The position numbers and the translations under genes were made by a program. A stretch of DNA of 21,673 nucleotides from Octopus sinensis (lineage: Eukaryota): positions 1 to 21,673 of the forward strand of contig NW_021823751.1 in NCBI RefSeq assembly GCF_006345805.1. The letters run 5' to 3'. A model generated the notes under the pieces. It was given only the letters and a program-made list of their open reading frames with translations, was not told the origin of the DNA and searched no databases. Shown here in pieces: positions 20,345-21,673 of the stretch; the stretch's first letter is position 1, and every line of letters begins with the position of its first letter.

Positions 20345-21289
20345 CTACAAGTAACCTATAATGACTACTCGAAACAACTGTAAGTCAAATTTACTCCAAT
20401 AAAGGAAAAATATATAATGACAATTCTTTCTTTCTTTCACACACGCACGCACGCATGCACGCATGCATGCACTCACGCACGTATGTACGCACGCACGCAC
20501 ATACGCACGCACTCACACACACACACACACACACATAATATTTATATATATTTATACCTAGTATATCACTCTATATAAAACGGTGAACTATAACCTCGGA
20601 CCCTGCCATAATTCTATATTGAAGTATTTTTCCCGGATTGGTAATCCCTTACCAATACACACACACACACATAAATAAACTAATATCGAACACACCACCC
20701 ACTCACATGCATGCATATATCTGCTTGACTTCCATTTCACCCTATGTTGCTTAGGGCTATATCAGTTCTTCTAACAGGTTGCTGTCTCGGTCGTTTGACC
20801 ATTCTCTATTTCCTGAGATGGGGAAGTTGTGAGAGGCACATTACAACTCTTCTCCAGACCAACGTACAGTATGGTGTGGAAAGTAACTCATGAAGTTTAT
20901 CTTTTGTCTCATTTTTACTTAAACACCATTGTATAGTCAATATATAATCTAATAAATTTATTTTAACCAATGAGATCACAGGGTGTTATTTACTACATTC
21001 GTGAGAATACAATTTCGACTAGTAGCAAGTAGTTTTGTTTTTGCACCTCTGATAGGTCTTTCAGAATTGATAAAAATAGTTGTCAAATGTCGTTTAAATA
21101 ACAATTAAATCAGGACCATGTATTACCCACACGCACATACACACATATACATAGCTTCCTATATATACATTTATATTTATGAGACAAGACAACACTTTAG
21201 ATGGTAGTTAGGTCAGATAGTAGTAGCAGCCATATCTCACTCAATTACTCCACTGACATGAATACATAAATACTACATAAACTGAACAC

Positions 21290-21673
21290 ACATGCACGCA
21301 CACGCACGCATGCACACGCACGCATGCACACGCACGCATGCACACGCACGCATGCACACGCCCGCATGCACACGCACGCATGCACACGCACGCATGCACA
21401 CGCACGCATGCACACGCACGCATGCACACGCACGCAACGCACGCACGCACACGCACGCACCGCGCAACACGCACGCGCACGCACGCACGCGCACGCACGC
21501 ACGCGCCCACGCGCACGCGCACGCACGCACGCGCACGCACAGCACGCCGCACGCACGCACGCGCACGCACGCACGCGCACGCACGCACGCGCACGCACGC
21601 ACGCGCACGCACGCACGCGCACGCACGCACGCACGCGCACGCACGCACGCACAGGCACGCACGCACACGCACG
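21290..21673. repeat. 14-bp minisatellite (cacgcacgcatgca) x9 followed by (GCAC/GCGCAC)n
   Basis: Nine tandem units at 21301-21426 (one with a substitution), then a degenerate GCAC array to the window end. Confidence 0.95.

Noticed and set aside
20637-20656. 8-bp hairpin attggtaa-tccc-ttaccaat
   Set aside because: Short and AT-rich; expected by chance at this scale.

Overview
Eukaryotic, AT-rich, repeat-dominated window with no complete protein-coding gene. The dense (TA)n/(CA)n/(TCTA)n microsatellites and the tRNA-derived SINE families resemble, from recall only, octopod cephalopod (Octopus) genomic DNA; this is an inference, not a database result. Almost all ORFs in the supplied track are microsatellite artefacts. 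Supportable content: about ten SINE copies or fragments from about four families; a mariner deletion derivative (2305-2525); a hAT deletion derivative with an 8-bp TSD nested in a SINE (6271-6752); a non-autonomous Helitron (about 7680-9229); a 5'-truncated Penelope-like element (PLE) with RT and GIY-YIG remnants, bounded by a 52-bp inverted repeat (10371-12209); a CR1-group LINE 3' end abutting a SINE; and an RTE-like 5'UTR fragment. One possible terminal coding exon of an unidentified gene lies on the minus strand (12968-13045). The most interesting signals are RNA-level: a near-intact PLE-type minimal hammerhead ribozyme with an 80-nt loop II (9961-10090), a core-variant hammerhead in the PLE terminus (10491-10536), several hammerhead relics, and a 35-bp pri-miRNA-like hairpin with four plus-strand G-U wobbles (20262-20344).
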